Shown here: one piece after another, positions 23,030 through 33,942 of the stretch
Position numbering within the stretch: the first letter of the stretch is position 1
How the letters are laid out: every line of letters begins with the position of its first letter
Assembly: GCA_963665275.2 (NCBI GenBank)
Contig: CAXXIN010000016.1
Coordinates: 192,001-256,000, forward strand
Direction: 5' to 3'
DNA from: Negativicutes bacterium
Lineage (GTDB): Bacteria > Bacillota > Negativicutes > UBA1444
DNA: 64,000 nt
The notes under the pieces: generated by a model
The model's input: only the letters and a program-made list of their open reading frames with translations
Told to the model about the DNA's origin: nothing
Databases searched by the model: none
Translations under genes and position numbers: made by a program

Positions 23030-23392
23030 GTGAAGGATCTTGAATGTGATGTCTGTACAGAGCTTTGTGAACATCCTCAAAGCATATGTTTGGCGAAAGC
23101 TGAACTGCTGCCGGAGAAAATAGCTCAACGAGTGGCGGAAACATTTAAAGTGCTCGGAGACCCAACCCGGGTGAAAATTCTGCAGGTGCTATCGAAACGG
23201 GAACTTTGCGTGTGTGATATTTCAGCTGTAATCGGGATGGGGCAGTCAGCGGTGTCGCATCAACTGCGCGCGCTCAGGAATGCACGACTGGTTAAATATC
23301 GCAGGGACGGGAAAATGGTCTGGTATTCCTTGGATGATGAACATATTGGCGGGCTGTTGGCACAGGGTATTGAGCACGTTGAACATGATTAG
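23030..23392 (+). CDS. ArsR/SmtB family metal-sensing repressor (CadC-like)
   Basis: FKVLGDPTR, ELCVCD, SAVSHQLR and DEH..EHVEH; GGAGG RBS. Confidence 0.92.
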   Translation: MKDLECDVCTELCEHPQSICLAKAELLPEKIAQRVAETFKVLGDPTRVKILQVLSKRELCVCDISAVIGMGQSAVSHQLRALRNARLVKYRRDGKMVWYSLDDEHIGGLLAQGIEHVEHD

Positions 23393-25547
23393 TGGAGCGA
23401 GTGGTAACATGAATGTGAATCAAGTGGCGGCCGAAACACAGGTGGCCACATTTCAAGTTGACGGCATCACCTGCATGGACTGTGCCCGAAAGTTTGAGCA
23501 GGCAGTCGGTGAGATGTCTGGAGTTATTAAGTCCTCGCTTAATACAATAACAGGCACGCTAACGATTGAAGGACAGCCCGATCTCGAGGGGCTTCGCCGG
23601 TTGGGGATGGAAGAGAACTATACAATTACTCCTCAATCAGAAAAATCTGCGCAACGCATACAGCAGCAGGGTGAAAAAACTGATTGGGACCTCCGTCGGG
23701 CTGTATTATCCGGCTTGTTTCTGAGTATCGGTTATGGGCTGGAGAAATTTGACGGAGCAGCGATCGCGTTTCTTTCCTTTTATATTGCAGGAACGGTGAT
23801 GGGAGGGTGGGGAAATTTCCGCAAAGCAGCCATAGCCTTGCCACGCGGCAATTTTAACATGAGCGTCTTGATGAGCGTGGCGGTTGTTGGCGCTATTGCC
23901 ATCGGGCAGTATGAAGAAGCTGCGTCCGTGGCGTTCCTTTTTTCGATATCGGAAATGCTGGAACGCTGGACAATGGAAAAAGCCCGACGCTCCATCCGTG
24001 ATCTGATGGATATCGCACCCAAATTCGCGAGAGTGCGCCGAGATAGTCTTGAAACCGACATACCGGTCGAAGATATCGTTGTTGGCGACATCATGATGAT
24101 TCGTCCCGGCGAGAAGATTGCCATGGATGGCAGGATCTTGAAAGGCGAATCCGCCATTAATCAGGCCGCTATTACCGGCGAATCAATGCCAGTGGAAAAG
24201 AAAACGGGCGATGAGGTGTACGCCGGAACTTTTAATACGCATGGCGCACTCGAAGTCGCAATAACGAAACTCGTACAAGATACGACCATTGCCAAAATCA
24301 TTCATATGGTGGAGGCGGCCCATGGTAATCGGGCGCCTTCTCAGGCCTTTGTTGAGAGATTTGCGGCCGTTTATACACCGATCGTCATGGTCTTGGCTGT
24401 TGTTATCGTATTGATTCCGCCCCTGTTCTTCGGGCAGGAATGGGCGTCATGGATTTATCGCGGGCTGACCCTTCTCGTGGTTTCTTGTCCGTGCGCTCTC
24501 GTAGTGTCCACCCCGGTGGCGATCGTTAGCGCCATCAGTGTTGCTGCGAAAAACGGGGTACTCATCAAGGGCGGCATCCATCTTGAAGCAGTAGGGTCCC
24601 TCAGTGCCATTGCGTTTGACAAGACGGGAACCTTAACAAAGGGAGCGCCTGTCGTCACGGATATCATTTTGCTCAATGGTATTTCCGAAGAAGAGCTGCT
24701 GAGAATTTCTGCAAGTTTGGAAGTGCGTTCCGAACACCCCCTTGCTGCGGCTATTATCAACGCTGCGGCAGAACGCGAAATTGAGGTTGTTCCTGCCGAA
24801 GCTTTTAGTTCCATTGGAGGCCGGGGGGCGCAGGGTAACGTAAATGGCGAGCTTGTGTACATCGGAAATCCGCGTCTTTTCGCGGAAATGGATATCTCGA
24901 CAGAGACAATTGCTGAACAAGTGGAGCAGTTGCAAGGCGAGGGAAAAACAGTAATGCTCGTTGGTACCAGAACGAAATTTTTAGGGATTGTCGCTGTCGC
25001 CGATGAAGTGAGGGCGGACAGCGCGAAAACGATCGCAGCCCTGAAACAAGGGGGTATCGCTCATACCATCATGCTGACAGGCGACAATGCAGCTACCGCC
25101 GCAGCCATGGCGCTGAAAACAGGCGTGGACGAATTCCGGGCTGAACTCCTTCCTCAGGACAAGGTAGCTGCAATACAGGAATTGGTAGATAAGTACGGCA
25201 AGGTGGCGATGGTGGGCGATGGGGTCAATGATGCGCCTGCGTTAGCGCTGGCGACTGTCGGCGTTGCCATGGGCGGCGCCGGAACCGATACGGCTCTTGA
25301 AATCGCAGACATCGTACTGATGGCAGACGATCTCCATAGGTTGCCGTTTACGGTTCGATTGAGCCGCAAAGCACTTGCGATCATTCGCCAGAACATTGCT
25401 TTTTCGCTGATCATCAAAATTATCGCAGTACTAGCTGTGTTCCCTGGCTGGCTGACTTTATGGCTGGCGATTTTGGCGGATATGGGGGCATCTATCCTGG
25501 TAACGCTGAACAGCCTGCGATTGCTGCAGGTTAAACCCAAAGAATGA
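23385..25547 (+). CDS. cadA: Heavy-metal (Cd/Zn) P1B-type ATPase
   Basis: HMA CMDC, TGES, SCPCAL, DKTGTLT, SEHP and GDGVNDAP. Confidence 0.92.
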   Translation: MISGASGNMNVNQVAAETQVATFQVDGITCMDCARKFEQAVGEMSGVIKSSLNTITGTLTIEGQPDLEGLRRLGMEENYTITPQSEKSAQRIQQQGEKTDWDLRRAVLSGLFLSIGYGLEKFDGAAIAFLSFYIAGTVMGGWGNFRKAAIALPRGNFNMSVLMSVAVVGAIAIGQYEEAASVAFLFSISEMLERWTMEKARRSIRDLMDIAPKFARVRRDSLETDIPVEDIVVGDIMMIRPGEKIAMDGRILKGESAINQAAITGESMPVEKKTGDEVYAGTFNTHGALEVAITKLVQDTTIAKIIHMVEAAHGNRAPSQAFVERFAAVYTPIVMVLAVVIVLIPPLFFGQEWASWIYRGLTLLVVSCPCALVVSTPVAIVSAISVAAKNGVLIKGGIHLEAVGSLSAIAFDKTGTLTKGAPVVTDIILLNGISEEELLRISASLEVRSEHPLAAAIINAAAEREIEVVPAEAFSSIGGRGAQGNVNGELVYIGNPRLFAEMDISTETIAEQVEQLQGEGKTVMLVGTRTKFLGIVAVADEVRADSAKTIAALKQGGIAHTIMLTGDNAATAAAMALKTGVDEFRAELLPQDKVAAIQELVDKYGKVAMVGDGVNDAPALALATVGVAMGGAGTDTALEIADIVLMADDLHRLPFTVRLSRKALAIIRQNIAFSLIIKIIAVLAVFPGWLTLWLAILADMGASILVTLNSLRLLQVKPKE

Positions 25548-25679
25548 AAAAAGCAGTTAGAAAAAGATAGTCGCTGGATTCGTCCATCGACTGTCTTTTT
25601 TTGTATTTGCGGCAGGATTCAGGATCTCAATATCGAAAGAAGTATCTTTAGAATCAAGGTAATCGGCGTGTGCGGGGGT

Positions 25680-26486
25680 ATGCTTGTGAGTAGAAAATGT
25701 CGTTTTAGGTTGTGGATTTTTATTGTGTGCCTGTTGGTTCTGTACGGTGGCGAGACTACGGTGTGGGCCAGTCCTGAAGATGCTGTAAAATGCAAGGCGG
25801 CCGCAGAGAAGGGGCAGGGTAGTTCGGCCATTGAGGCGTGCACCCTCCAAATCAATAGTGATGCAAGTGATCTTGAAAGTGTATTTTGGCGAGGTGTGGC
25901 CTACTATAAGCGTGGATTTAGCAGCAAGGATGATTACCGGTCAGCTTTGGAGGACTTCAACAGGGTTCTGGCCGTGTATCCAAATGATATGCAGGCCTTA
26001 GAAAACCGGGCATCTTGTTATATGGAACTCAAGCGATATGAGGAAGCAATTTCCGACGCCAACGAAATCATTGCTGCGGACAGGACTTCGTTAGGAGCAC
26101 TCATGGTTAGAGGGAAGGCTTACTGGTGGATCAGTCGTTATGAAGATGCGATCAGCGACTATACCGCGGCGATAGCCCTTAACCCCCGGAGCGAGGATAC
26201 CAAGTTTTCAGCGTATTCAACCCGTGCGTCCTGTCATCGTTTCCTGAAAAATTATGAGCGAGCGCTGGCCGATTACACAATAGCTCTAGGCATTAAGCCT
26301 TCCTATCAACACGTGGCTGGATATATTGCGGATTGCTTGAATAAACTAGGGCGAAAGAACGAAGCTATCGCAGCATGGAACAATGTTATTGCAATAATAG
26401 ACCGAGATCCATCGCACGCAAAGGACCCCTATTATATTAAAGAGAAGGCCGCGGCTCAAGCGGAAATTGCGCAGTTGCGCAAATAA
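25680..26486 (+). CDS. Secreted tetratricopeptide-repeat protein
   Basis: Hydrophobic N-terminal signal and about five TPR-like repeats (e.g. YEEAISD, YEDAISDYTAAIALNP). Confidence 0.85.
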   Translation: MLVSRKCRFRLWIFIVCLLVLYGGETTVWASPEDAVKCKAAAEKGQGSSAIEACTLQINSDASDLESVFWRGVAYYKRGFSSKDDYRSALEDFNRVLAVYPNDMQALENRASCYMELKRYEEAISDANEIIAADRTSLGALMVRGKAYWWISRYEDAISDYTAAIALNPRSEDTKFSAYSTRASCHRFLKNYERALADYTIALGIKPSYQHVAGYIADCLNKLGRKNEAIAAWNNVIAIIDRDPSHAKDPYYIKEKAAAQAEIAQLRK

Positions 26487-26522
26487 TATTGATTCAAATA
26501 ATTGGGAATGACGTTGAAAATT

Positions 26523-26592
26523 TGATAGGCTCCCCTTTCGGCAGTAGGGTTGATTACCCTGCCTACCATTGGAGGAGCCTGTCAATTTTTTT
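26523..26592 (+). terminator. Long hairpin/terminator after the TPR gene
   Basis: TGATAGGCTCC...GGAGCCTGTCA followed by a T run. Confidence 0.6.
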
Positions 26593-26652
26593 ATTGGAAC
26601 CTATTTGCGATATTCATCTTCCCAAAAGGGTATTGCAAATGCCCCTTGCAGC

Positions 26653-26916
26653 TTACTTTGTACTCTTAAACCCCTGAACACAGGTCGGAGGCGGAACCTC
26701 AGGCGGCCCGACGTTGACGCAGGTGCTGCTCGTACAGCTGGTCACGCACGCACTCGTGCAGGACGTACAGTTGGAAACGATTTTCGCGTTTGCAACTGAT
26801 GGATCGAAAAACACCGACAACAGTTCACAGGCCGCAGTCACCACCACGGCAGCTCCGCATTTTGCGATGAATCCCCGCCTTGACATCCCCTCGTTTTCTT
26901 TGAGATCCCGCTTCAT
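26653..26916 (-). CDS. Tat-signal, six-Cys SCIFF-like RiPP precursor peptide
   Basis: AAGGAGG RBS, ATGA overlap with the rSAM stop, SRRGFI twin-arginine motif, ANA cleavage site and core CTSCTSACVTSCTSSTC...C. Confidence 0.8.
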   Translation of the reverse strand: MKRDLKENEGMSRRGFIAKCGAAVVVTAACELLSVFFDPSVANAKIVSNCTSCTSACVTSCTSSTCVNVGPPEVPPPTCVQGFKSTK

Positions 26917-28400
26917 ACCGTTTCCTCCTTCACTGTGTTGGTTTCATTGTCAATCGCCTGTGCGGTTTGCGTCGCCAGATCCCATAACAGGACCTCCAGC
27001 ACTCGTTTCGTATAATCGCAGTTTATTCGTTCACAATAAGCACGTGCTTTCGGTGAAACGTGCTGCTGATCTGCCATCGCCAGATGCTGTACGGGGCACC
27101 CGCCGCCGCAAAGATAGCGCCAGGAACAGTCCTTGCACCCTTCCCGCCGGTCCACATGCAGGTCTGCCGCCATTTTCTCCAGCACCGGGTTGTCCGGATA
27201 GGTTCCCTCCATGATGTTTCCAACACAATATCGGGCAATGCCGACTAAGTAAATACAGGGAAACACATTCCCCTGCACATCCACTACCGGAGTGTTGCCG
27301 TAGGGGGCGCCACAGCCCAGGATGGACCGGTTGTTCGGTTGAAGCTTGGCCCGATAGATATTGAAAGGAAACAGGCGGTCCATTGTCCAGACGCCGCTTT
27401 CCTTAACACGAACCAGCGAATCAAGCATTTTATCAACGTCCGGAATCAGCCGGTCAGACATAAAATCTTCGTCAGAATTAACAACATTCAGCGGAGCAAA
27501 AGCTGTACCCCAGCCACCCAAATCCCGGTGGTGCCTTGCAGTTTGCTCCAGGTGATCCTGGTTTAAGGCGGTTAACGTGGTCCGCAGCGAAACCGGAATG
27601 CCCTCTGCCACCAGTTTGCGAACATTGGCAGCGATCAAACTGTGGGTAGCTCCACCGCCGGAAAAGGGACGGCAACGGTCGTGCACATCGCCCTCGCCGT
27701 CAATATCGCACAACACCGACATTTTATGTTTCAGCGCCTTGGCAATAAAATCCTCCGGCAGAAAACTGAGATTGCTGGTAATATGATATCTAAATTCAAC
27801 TTCCGGATATTTTTCCTTCAGTACATTTTCTGTGTAATCAATGGTCTGTTTCGCGAGTTCCCAATTCAGCAGCGGTTCGCCGCCAAACATCGCCACTTCA
27901 AGGTAACCGCCCGGCGAAATCAGTGCCGCGCAACATTCGACTGCCCGAAATGCGACTTCCGTCGTCATCATCGGTCGATCATTCTTGCGGTACGTCCGCT
28001 TGCCGTTGAGACAATAAACGCAGCCCAAATTACAATCCTGCGCCAACAGCAGATACAAGGACATGCCTTGGGTCTTGTTTTTCCCGGCATCCGTGTGCCT
28101 CACAATTTCGGTAGCCGTCTCCCGCTCGCTTACCGGAACCAAAATGCTGTGTGCCAACAGAAAATCGAAAACCGACGTTTCGGCCGGCCATTTTTGCTTC
28201 AGTTCGTCAAGGGATGCTGGCTGCTTCTTCAAGAATGCGAGCAAGGTTTCGATAAATTGGCGGCCTCGTCGAACGACAACCGGATTCAGACGCAATGAAT
28301 TTGCCAAAAGCAGGCATTCATCGCGCTCCAGACGAATCAGGTTTGACGATGCTTTTAGTTTACCCTCTACGGCGGCATTTCGAGGAATCACAGCTTCCAT
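26913..28400 (-). CDS. Radical SAM/SPASM peptide maturase with an N-terminal RRE-like domain
   Basis: CNLGCVYC, FGGEPLL, SPASM motifs GCGA..GNVFPC and CKDCSWRYLCGGGCP..YC, and a ~100-aa N-terminal extension. Confidence 0.92.
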   Translation of the reverse strand: MEAVIPRNAAVEGKLKASSNLIRLERDECLLLANSLRLNPVVVRRGRQFIETLLAFLKKQPASLDELKQKWPAETSVFDFLLAHSILVPVSERETATEIVRHTDAGKNKTQGMSLYLLLAQDCNLGCVYCLNGKRTYRKNDRPMMTTEVAFRAVECCAALISPGGYLEVAMFGGEPLLNWELAKQTIDYTENVLKEKYPEVEFRYHITSNLSFLPEDFIAKALKHKMSVLCDIDGEGDVHDRCRPFSGGGATHSLIAANVRKLVAEGIPVSLRTTLTALNQDHLEQTARHHRDLGGWGTAFAPLNVVNSDEDFMSDRLIPDVDKMLDSLVRVKESGVWTMDRLFPFNIYRAKLQPNNRSILGCGAPYGNTPVVDVQGNVFPCIYLVGIARYCVGNIMEGTYPDNPVLEKMAADLHVDRREGCKDCSWRYLCGGGCPVQHLAMADQQHVSPKARAYCERINCDYTKRVLEVLLWDLATQTAQAIDNETNTVKEETV

Positions 28401-28829
28401 TTTGTCTCCCTTTAAGCGTCAATGAGCGTCAATTTCTAAGCTGTTCTTTTTAAAAGATTTACGGTATGAGCCGAAATCTGAAAATATACTATTGAATTCA
28501 TTATATTCTCTTGCCTACCCAATTGACAACTCTTAAGTTTTCAAATGGTTGCTTGTTTAGACCTCCCTGGGTATCGACTTGTACTTATAAGCGCAAAAAA
28601 AATTCTGAAAATAGCAGGAACTTCAAAATCAACTGCGAAATAATTATAGGTGTGGAAATGAAACGCGGCCGCAGAATCTTTCCGGCCGGACCAATGGAAT
28701 ACAGTACTCGTGGTTTTCGGGTACGTTTGAGCAGAGTGCTGTTTTCCAAGGCAGTGTTCTGCTTGTTTTTTTATGTGGCTACGGCAAAGGTAACTGATTC
28801 CATAATGTAAATGTAAGGGGGAAAGAAAA

Positions 28830-31556
28830 ATGCAGAAGCGGGTTCTCAAGATCAATGGAGTCGAACGGTCCTTCATCACCGACTCGGAAAAGTCACTGGC
28901 GAGTGTCTTGCGGGAGCAATTCCTGCTGACCGGCTGCAAGATTGGCTGTGGACAGGGGCAATGCGGCGCCTGTTCGGTCATCATGGATGGCAAGGTCATT
29001 AGATCCTGTGTGACGAAAATGAGCCGGGTTCCTGACAATGCAGAAATCTTTACTATTGAAAGCCTCGGTACGCCGGAAGACCTGCATCCGTTGCAGTTGG
29101 CCTGGATTGCGCATGGCAGTGCCCAATGCGGTTTCTGTACGACCGGGTTTATCATGTCCTCCAAGGCGTTGCTGGAGGAAAACAAAAATCCCACACGGGA
29201 GCAGGTCAGAGACTGGTTTCATGCGCATCGTAACGCCTGCCGTTGCACCGGCTACAAACCACTGATTGACGCTGTGATGGATGCCGCCAAAGTGATGCGG
29301 GGAGAGAAAAAGAAAGAAGACTTGCTGTTTAAACCTGTCAAAGGCGGCAAAATTATCGGTACGAAGTTCCAACGGCCTTCCGCTGTGGCAAAAGTCACCG
29401 GAACTTGGGATTTTGGCGCCGATGGCGCTTTGCAGATGCCGCCCGGAACGTTGAGGCTGGCTTTGGTTCAGGCGGAAGTCTCCCATGCAGTCATCAAGGG
29501 CATTGATGTATCGGAAGCAGAGAAAATGCCTGGCGTTGTCAAAGTAGTCACTTATAAAGACGTGAAAGGCAAAAATGCCATCACTGGATTGATCACTTTC
29601 CCGACGAACAAGGGCGATGGCTGGGATCGGCCCATCCTTTGCAAAGATAAGGTCTTCCAGTTCGGTGACGCGATCGCGATCGTTTGCGCCGAGACTGAGG
29701 AACAGGCAAAAGCAGCGGCCAAGAAGGTAAAAGTGGATTTGGACGTTCTGCCTGCCTATATGAGCGCCCCGGCTGCCATGGCTCGTGATGCCATCGAAAT
29801 TCACCCCGGGACGCCCAACGTTTACTACGAACAGGGCATAATCAAGGGTGACGATACCAAACCATTAATGGAAAAAGCGGAGTATGTGGTGGAAGACAGC
29901 TTCTACTGCAGCCGCCAGCCGCATCTCACCATCGAGCCTGACTGTGGATATGCCTACTATGATGACGATGGCTGTCTGACCATCCATTCCAAGAGTATCG
30001 GAATTTTCCTGCATCATGCCATGATCTGCCCAGGCTTGGGCATCGAACCGGATAAACTCAGACTTGTCCAGAATCCGACCGGAGGCACGTTCGGCTATAA
30101 ATTCAGCCCGACGATGGAGGCTTTGCTGGGGGTGGCCTGCATGGCTACAGGCAAACCGGTATCCCTGGTTTACTCGATGTACCAGCATATTACCTATACC
30201 GGAAAGCGCTCGCCAGGCTTTGTCAATCTCAAATATGGGGCTGACAAGGACGGCAAACTCATTGCGATGGAAAGCGACTGGACGATTGACCACGGTCCGT
30301 ATTCTGAGTTTGGCGACTTGCTGACATTGAGGCAGGCTCAATTCATCGGAGCCGGATATGACATCCGCAACATCCGTGGAAAAGGGCGGACCGTCTGCAC
30401 CAATCATGCCTGGGGTTCGGCATTCCGGGCCTATGGATCACCACAGGCATTCCTCGCATCAGAGTGTCTGATGGATGAACTGGCGGAAAAAATGGGAGTG
30501 GACCCGTTCGATCTGCGTTACAAGAACCTCTATCGCCCAGGCGCCACAACGCCAAACGGGTGCGAGCCTGAAGTATATTGTCTGGTCGAAATGTTTGACA
30601 AGCTGCGCCCCAAATATGAAGAAGCAAAAAAACGGTGCAAGGAACTGTCTACACCGGAGAAAAAACGCGGCGTTGGCCTGGCCGTGGGAATCTACGGATG
30701 CGGCCTGGACGGGCCGGACGGTTCGGAAGCGGCAATTGAACTGACTCCTAACGGGGTGACGATATTCAATACCTGGGAGGATCATGGCCAGGGAGCCGAT
30801 GCGGGTGCGCAAACCATTGCTCATGAGGCGCTTCGTCCGTTGGGCCTGGAGCCGGATCAGATCCAACTGTGCATGAATGATACGGCGAAATGCCCGAACA
30901 GCGGCCCTGCTGGCGGCAGCCGGTCCAATGTTATGACAGGTAATGCGACCAAGGTATCTTGTGAAATGCTGCTGAACGCGATGCGCAAACCGGATGGAAC
31001 CTATCGCACCTATCAAGAGATGGTCGACGAAAAGATTCCCCTCAAATACAATGGCAAATGGGCGGCAGCGGCATGTTCGCCCTGCGACCCGGTTACCGGG
31101 CAGGGCAAACCCTTCGCCGTCTATATGTACGAAGTGTTTATGCCGGAAGTCGAAGTCGATTTGAAAACCGGCAAAGCCTCCGTCGCCAAATTCACGACCG
31201 TCGTGGATGTGGGTACCATCATCAATCAAACAGTGGTCGACGGACAGATTTATGGTGGGCTGGCCCAAGGGATTGGTCTGGCGCTAAGCGAGGATTTCGA
31301 AGACCTGAAGAAACATACCAGCCTGGCCAGCTGCGGCTTGCCCTACACCAAAGATATTCCCGATGATATCGAGATTATCTACAATATTACTCCGCGTGCA
31401 GATGGTCCGTTCGGCGCGGCTGGTGTCGGTGAAGCCCCATTGACGGCGCCGCATCCGGCAATTCTGAACGCGATCTACAATGCCTGTGGAGTGCGTATTA
31501 CCAAGGTGCCGGCATTACCGGAAGTGATCAAGGCAGCTCTGGCGGCAAAAAAATAA
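28830..31556 (+). CDS. Molybdopterin-dependent aldehyde oxidoreductase (Desulfovibrio Mop type, 2x[2Fe-2S] plus Moco)
   Basis: GCGQGQCGAC, QCGFC..CRCTGY, GGTFGYK, AFRAYG and GVGE. Confidence 0.95.
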   Translation: MQKRVLKINGVERSFITDSEKSLASVLREQFLLTGCKIGCGQGQCGACSVIMDGKVIRSCVTKMSRVPDNAEIFTIESLGTPEDLHPLQLAWIAHGSAQCGFCTTGFIMSSKALLEENKNPTREQVRDWFHAHRNACRCTGYKPLIDAVMDAAKVMRGEKKKEDLLFKPVKGGKIIGTKFQRPSAVAKVTGTWDFGADGALQMPPGTLRLALVQAEVSHAVIKGIDVSEAEKMPGVVKVVTYKDVKGKNAITGLITFPTNKGDGWDRPILCKDKVFQFGDAIAIVCAETEEQAKAAAKKVKVDLDVLPAYMSAPAAMARDAIEIHPGTPNVYYEQGIIKGDDTKPLMEKAEYVVEDSFYCSRQPHLTIEPDCGYAYYDDDGCLTIHSKSIGIFLHHAMICPGLGIEPDKLRLVQNPTGGTFGYKFSPTMEALLGVACMATGKPVSLVYSMYQHITYTGKRSPGFVNLKYGADKDGKLIAMESDWTIDHGPYSEFGDLLTLRQAQFIGAGYDIRNIRGKGRTVCTNHAWGSAFRAYGSPQAFLASECLMDELAEKMGVDPFDLRYKNLYRPGATTPNGCEPEVYCLVEMFDKLRPKYEEAKKRCKELSTPEKKRGVGLAVGIYGCGLDGPDGSEAAIELTPNGVTIFNTWEDHGQGADAGAQTIAHEALRPLGLEPDQIQLCMNDTAKCPNSGPAGGSRSNVMTGNATKVSCEMLLNAMRKPDGTYRTYQEMVDEKIPLKYNGKWAAAACSPCDPVTGQGKPFAVYMYEVFMPEVEVDLKTGKASVAKFTTVVDVGTIINQTVVDGQIYGGLAQGIGLALSEDFEDLKKHTSLASCGLPYTKDIPDDIEIIYNITPRADGPFGAAGVGEAPLTAPHPAILNAIYNACGVRITKVPALPEVIKAALAAKK

Positions 31557-31595
31557 CGATCGACGGTCACAGGGCCATATTCACTGAACAACTGA

Positions 31596-31630
31596 AACGA
31601 ACCGGAGGCACTCGCCTCCCGGTTCGTTTT
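31596..31630 (+). terminator. Hairpin after the aldehyde oxidoreductase gene (partial terminator or mRNA stabiliser)
   Basis: AACGAACCGG...CCGGTTCGTT followed by TT. Confidence 0.55.
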
Positions 31631-31649
31631 GGACTATGGGGAGAGCAGT

Positions 31650-33942
31650 ATGGAACGCAATGTTTGCCGTGAACGGGAAGCCAAGTGTATAGAGGAGCAG
31701 GCTCCGGCCTGTACGGCGTCCTGCCCTGTCCATGTGGACGTGCGCGGAATGGTGGCGGCGGTCGGACGGCAGGATTTCGCCGCAGGGTTTGCTTTGCTTG
31801 CGCGGTCGGTTCCTTTTCCGAGAATTATCAGCCGGATTTGCGATCATCCCTGCCAACAAGCGTGCAAACGCAATGAAGCCGGGGATGCTATTGAGATCCG
31901 GGCGTTGGAACAGGCCTGCGCCGATTACGGCGACATGCCTGCAGGAAGAATCTTGGCGACTCCCAAACAATCCAGGAAGATTGCCGTTGTCGGTGGTGGC
32001 CTAAGTGGATTGACGGTGGCTTTTGATTTGGCGCAAAAGGGTTACTCGGTGACGATCTATGAAGCTACTGAGCGCATTGGCGGGCGAATATGGACTTATA
32101 GCGAACAACAGCTGCCGCGCCAGCTGATTGAAGCGGATCTGGCGGCACTTGCCGCATTGGGCGCTGAGGTGCGATGCAACGTGCGGGCTGGGACTGGCGA
32201 AGCTGTCGACTACGACGTGCTACGCGAGCAATATGACGCGATATATGTCGGGACTGGCGTAATAGAGCGGGAGAAGTGGCAGGCCGAGATTGACCCGGCA
32301 ACGCAGGCGACTAGGCAAGAAAAGATTTTTGCCGGGGGAGGGGTGACTCCTTATTCGCCCATCACTTCGGTGTTGCAGGGGCGGATTGCGGCGATTTCGA
32401 TCGACCGTTTCTTGCAGAAGGCCTCGTTGACTGCAGGACGGGAATCGTTGGGTTCTTATGAGACTAAGCTTTTCACCAGTCTGAAAGGAGTTGTGCCGCG
32501 GCTTGCAGCTCCGGCAGCTTCCGGGGTAATCGGTTATACTCAAGCGGAAGCCGGGACGGAAGCTCTACGGTGTTTGCAGTGCCAGTGCCTGGAATGCGTG
32601 AAAGTCTGTGAGTATCTGGGACATTTCGGATCCTATCCCAAGCGATACGTACGCGAAATTTACAACAATGACACGATTGTGATGGGAATTCACCATGCCA
32701 ATAAAATGGTGAATTCCTGTGCGCTGTGCGGCTTATGCGCAACGGTTTGTCCCAATGGACTGGACATGGGAACGGTTTTGTCTGGATGCACGGCAAGGTA
32801 TGGTTGCCAAAGGCAAGATGCCGCCTTCGGCGCATGACTTTGCTTTGCGTGACATGGAGTTCAGCACCGGTGAACAATTTGCAATGGCACGTCATCAGCC
32901 CGGATTTGCTGTGAGTCAGTATCTTTTTTACCCTGGCTGCCAGTTGGCGGCTTCTGCACCGGCTCAGGTCGAGAAGGCCTACGATTATTTGCGTCAGAAA
33001 CTCGACGGGGGCGTCGGTCTGATGCTGGACTGTTGTGGTGCGCCGGCCGAGTGGGCGGGGCGGCAGGACCTGTTTCAGTCAAAATTGCAGATGTTTGAAG
33101 TGGAGTGGCGCAGACTGGGTTCGCCTGTGATCATTGCCGCCTGTGCCAGCTGTTGCCGGATATTCGGGCAATTCTTGCCGCAGATCCCGGTGAAATCGCT
33201 ATGGGCGATTATTGATTCGGTGGGCTTGCCTGCGTTGGCAAGTGCTCCAGATGAGGATGCTCTGTGCATTCACGACCCGTGCTCTGCCCGCCAATCAGCA
33301 CAGATGCAGGATCAGGTGCGCAGACTGCTTGAAAAAACTGGCGTGACGGTGGAGGAACCGGAATTGACGCGGGATCTGACCACCTGCTGCAGTTATGGGG
33401 GCCTGATGTCTTTTGCCAACCCGGAAGTGGCGAAAAAGGTCGTGCAGGGCCGAATCAGCGCCAGCGCGAAAGATTTTGTCGTCTACTGCGCGATGTGCCG
33501 GGATAATTTTTCGTCCGGTGGCAAGAGAGCCCTGCATGTGATGGATATATTGTGGCCTGACGGTACAGACGCTGCGGCGCGCCTCGCACCTGACTTTTCA
33601 ATGCGGCGTGAAAACCGTGCGCGGCTGAAAATCAAGCTGCTACGTGAACTATGGGGGGAAACCATGAGTGAGGTCAATGAGTTGATCGCGATGGAAATTT
33701 CACCGGAGATGCGCAAGATAATGGAAGAGCGCATGATCCTGGTGGAGGATGTCCGGCAGGTGATTCTCCATGCCGAAACCTCCGGCGAAAGCTTGCTGGA
33801 TCAGGCGACCGGCCGACGGATCGCTCATTTCCGTCCGGGCAGCGTGACGTATTGGGTGGAATATTCTCGGCTCGGAGACGGATTCTTGGTGCACAAGGCG
33901 TACAGTCACCGGATGATGGTTATAGAGGAGGCGGGGGTGTGA
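31650..33942 (+). CDS. Pyridine nucleotide-disulfide oxidoreductase / dicluster / CCG-domain protein, frameshifted near 32780
   Basis: GltD-like CTASCPVH..ICDHPCQQAC, GGGLSG, CLQCQCLEC, CALCGLCATVCP, then CCG domains (YPGC, CCGAP, HDPC). Confidence 0.85.

Noticed and set aside
22865-23128. 88-aa N-terminal extension of the polysaccharide deacetylase ORF
   Set aside because: It overlaps the ArsR gene and its promoter. The signal peptide starts at ATG 22864.
26653-26790. Precursor peptide as a ferredoxin or c-type cytochrome
   Set aside because: It has no CxxCxxCxxxCP or CxxCH motif. The spacing is C-x2-C-x3-C-x3-C-x4-C-x12-C.
28893-31268. Long antisense ORFs opposite Mop (and similar ones opposite gdhA and topB)
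   Set aside because: These are shadow ORFs produced by codon bias in well-supported sense genes, with no RBS or recognisable motifs.
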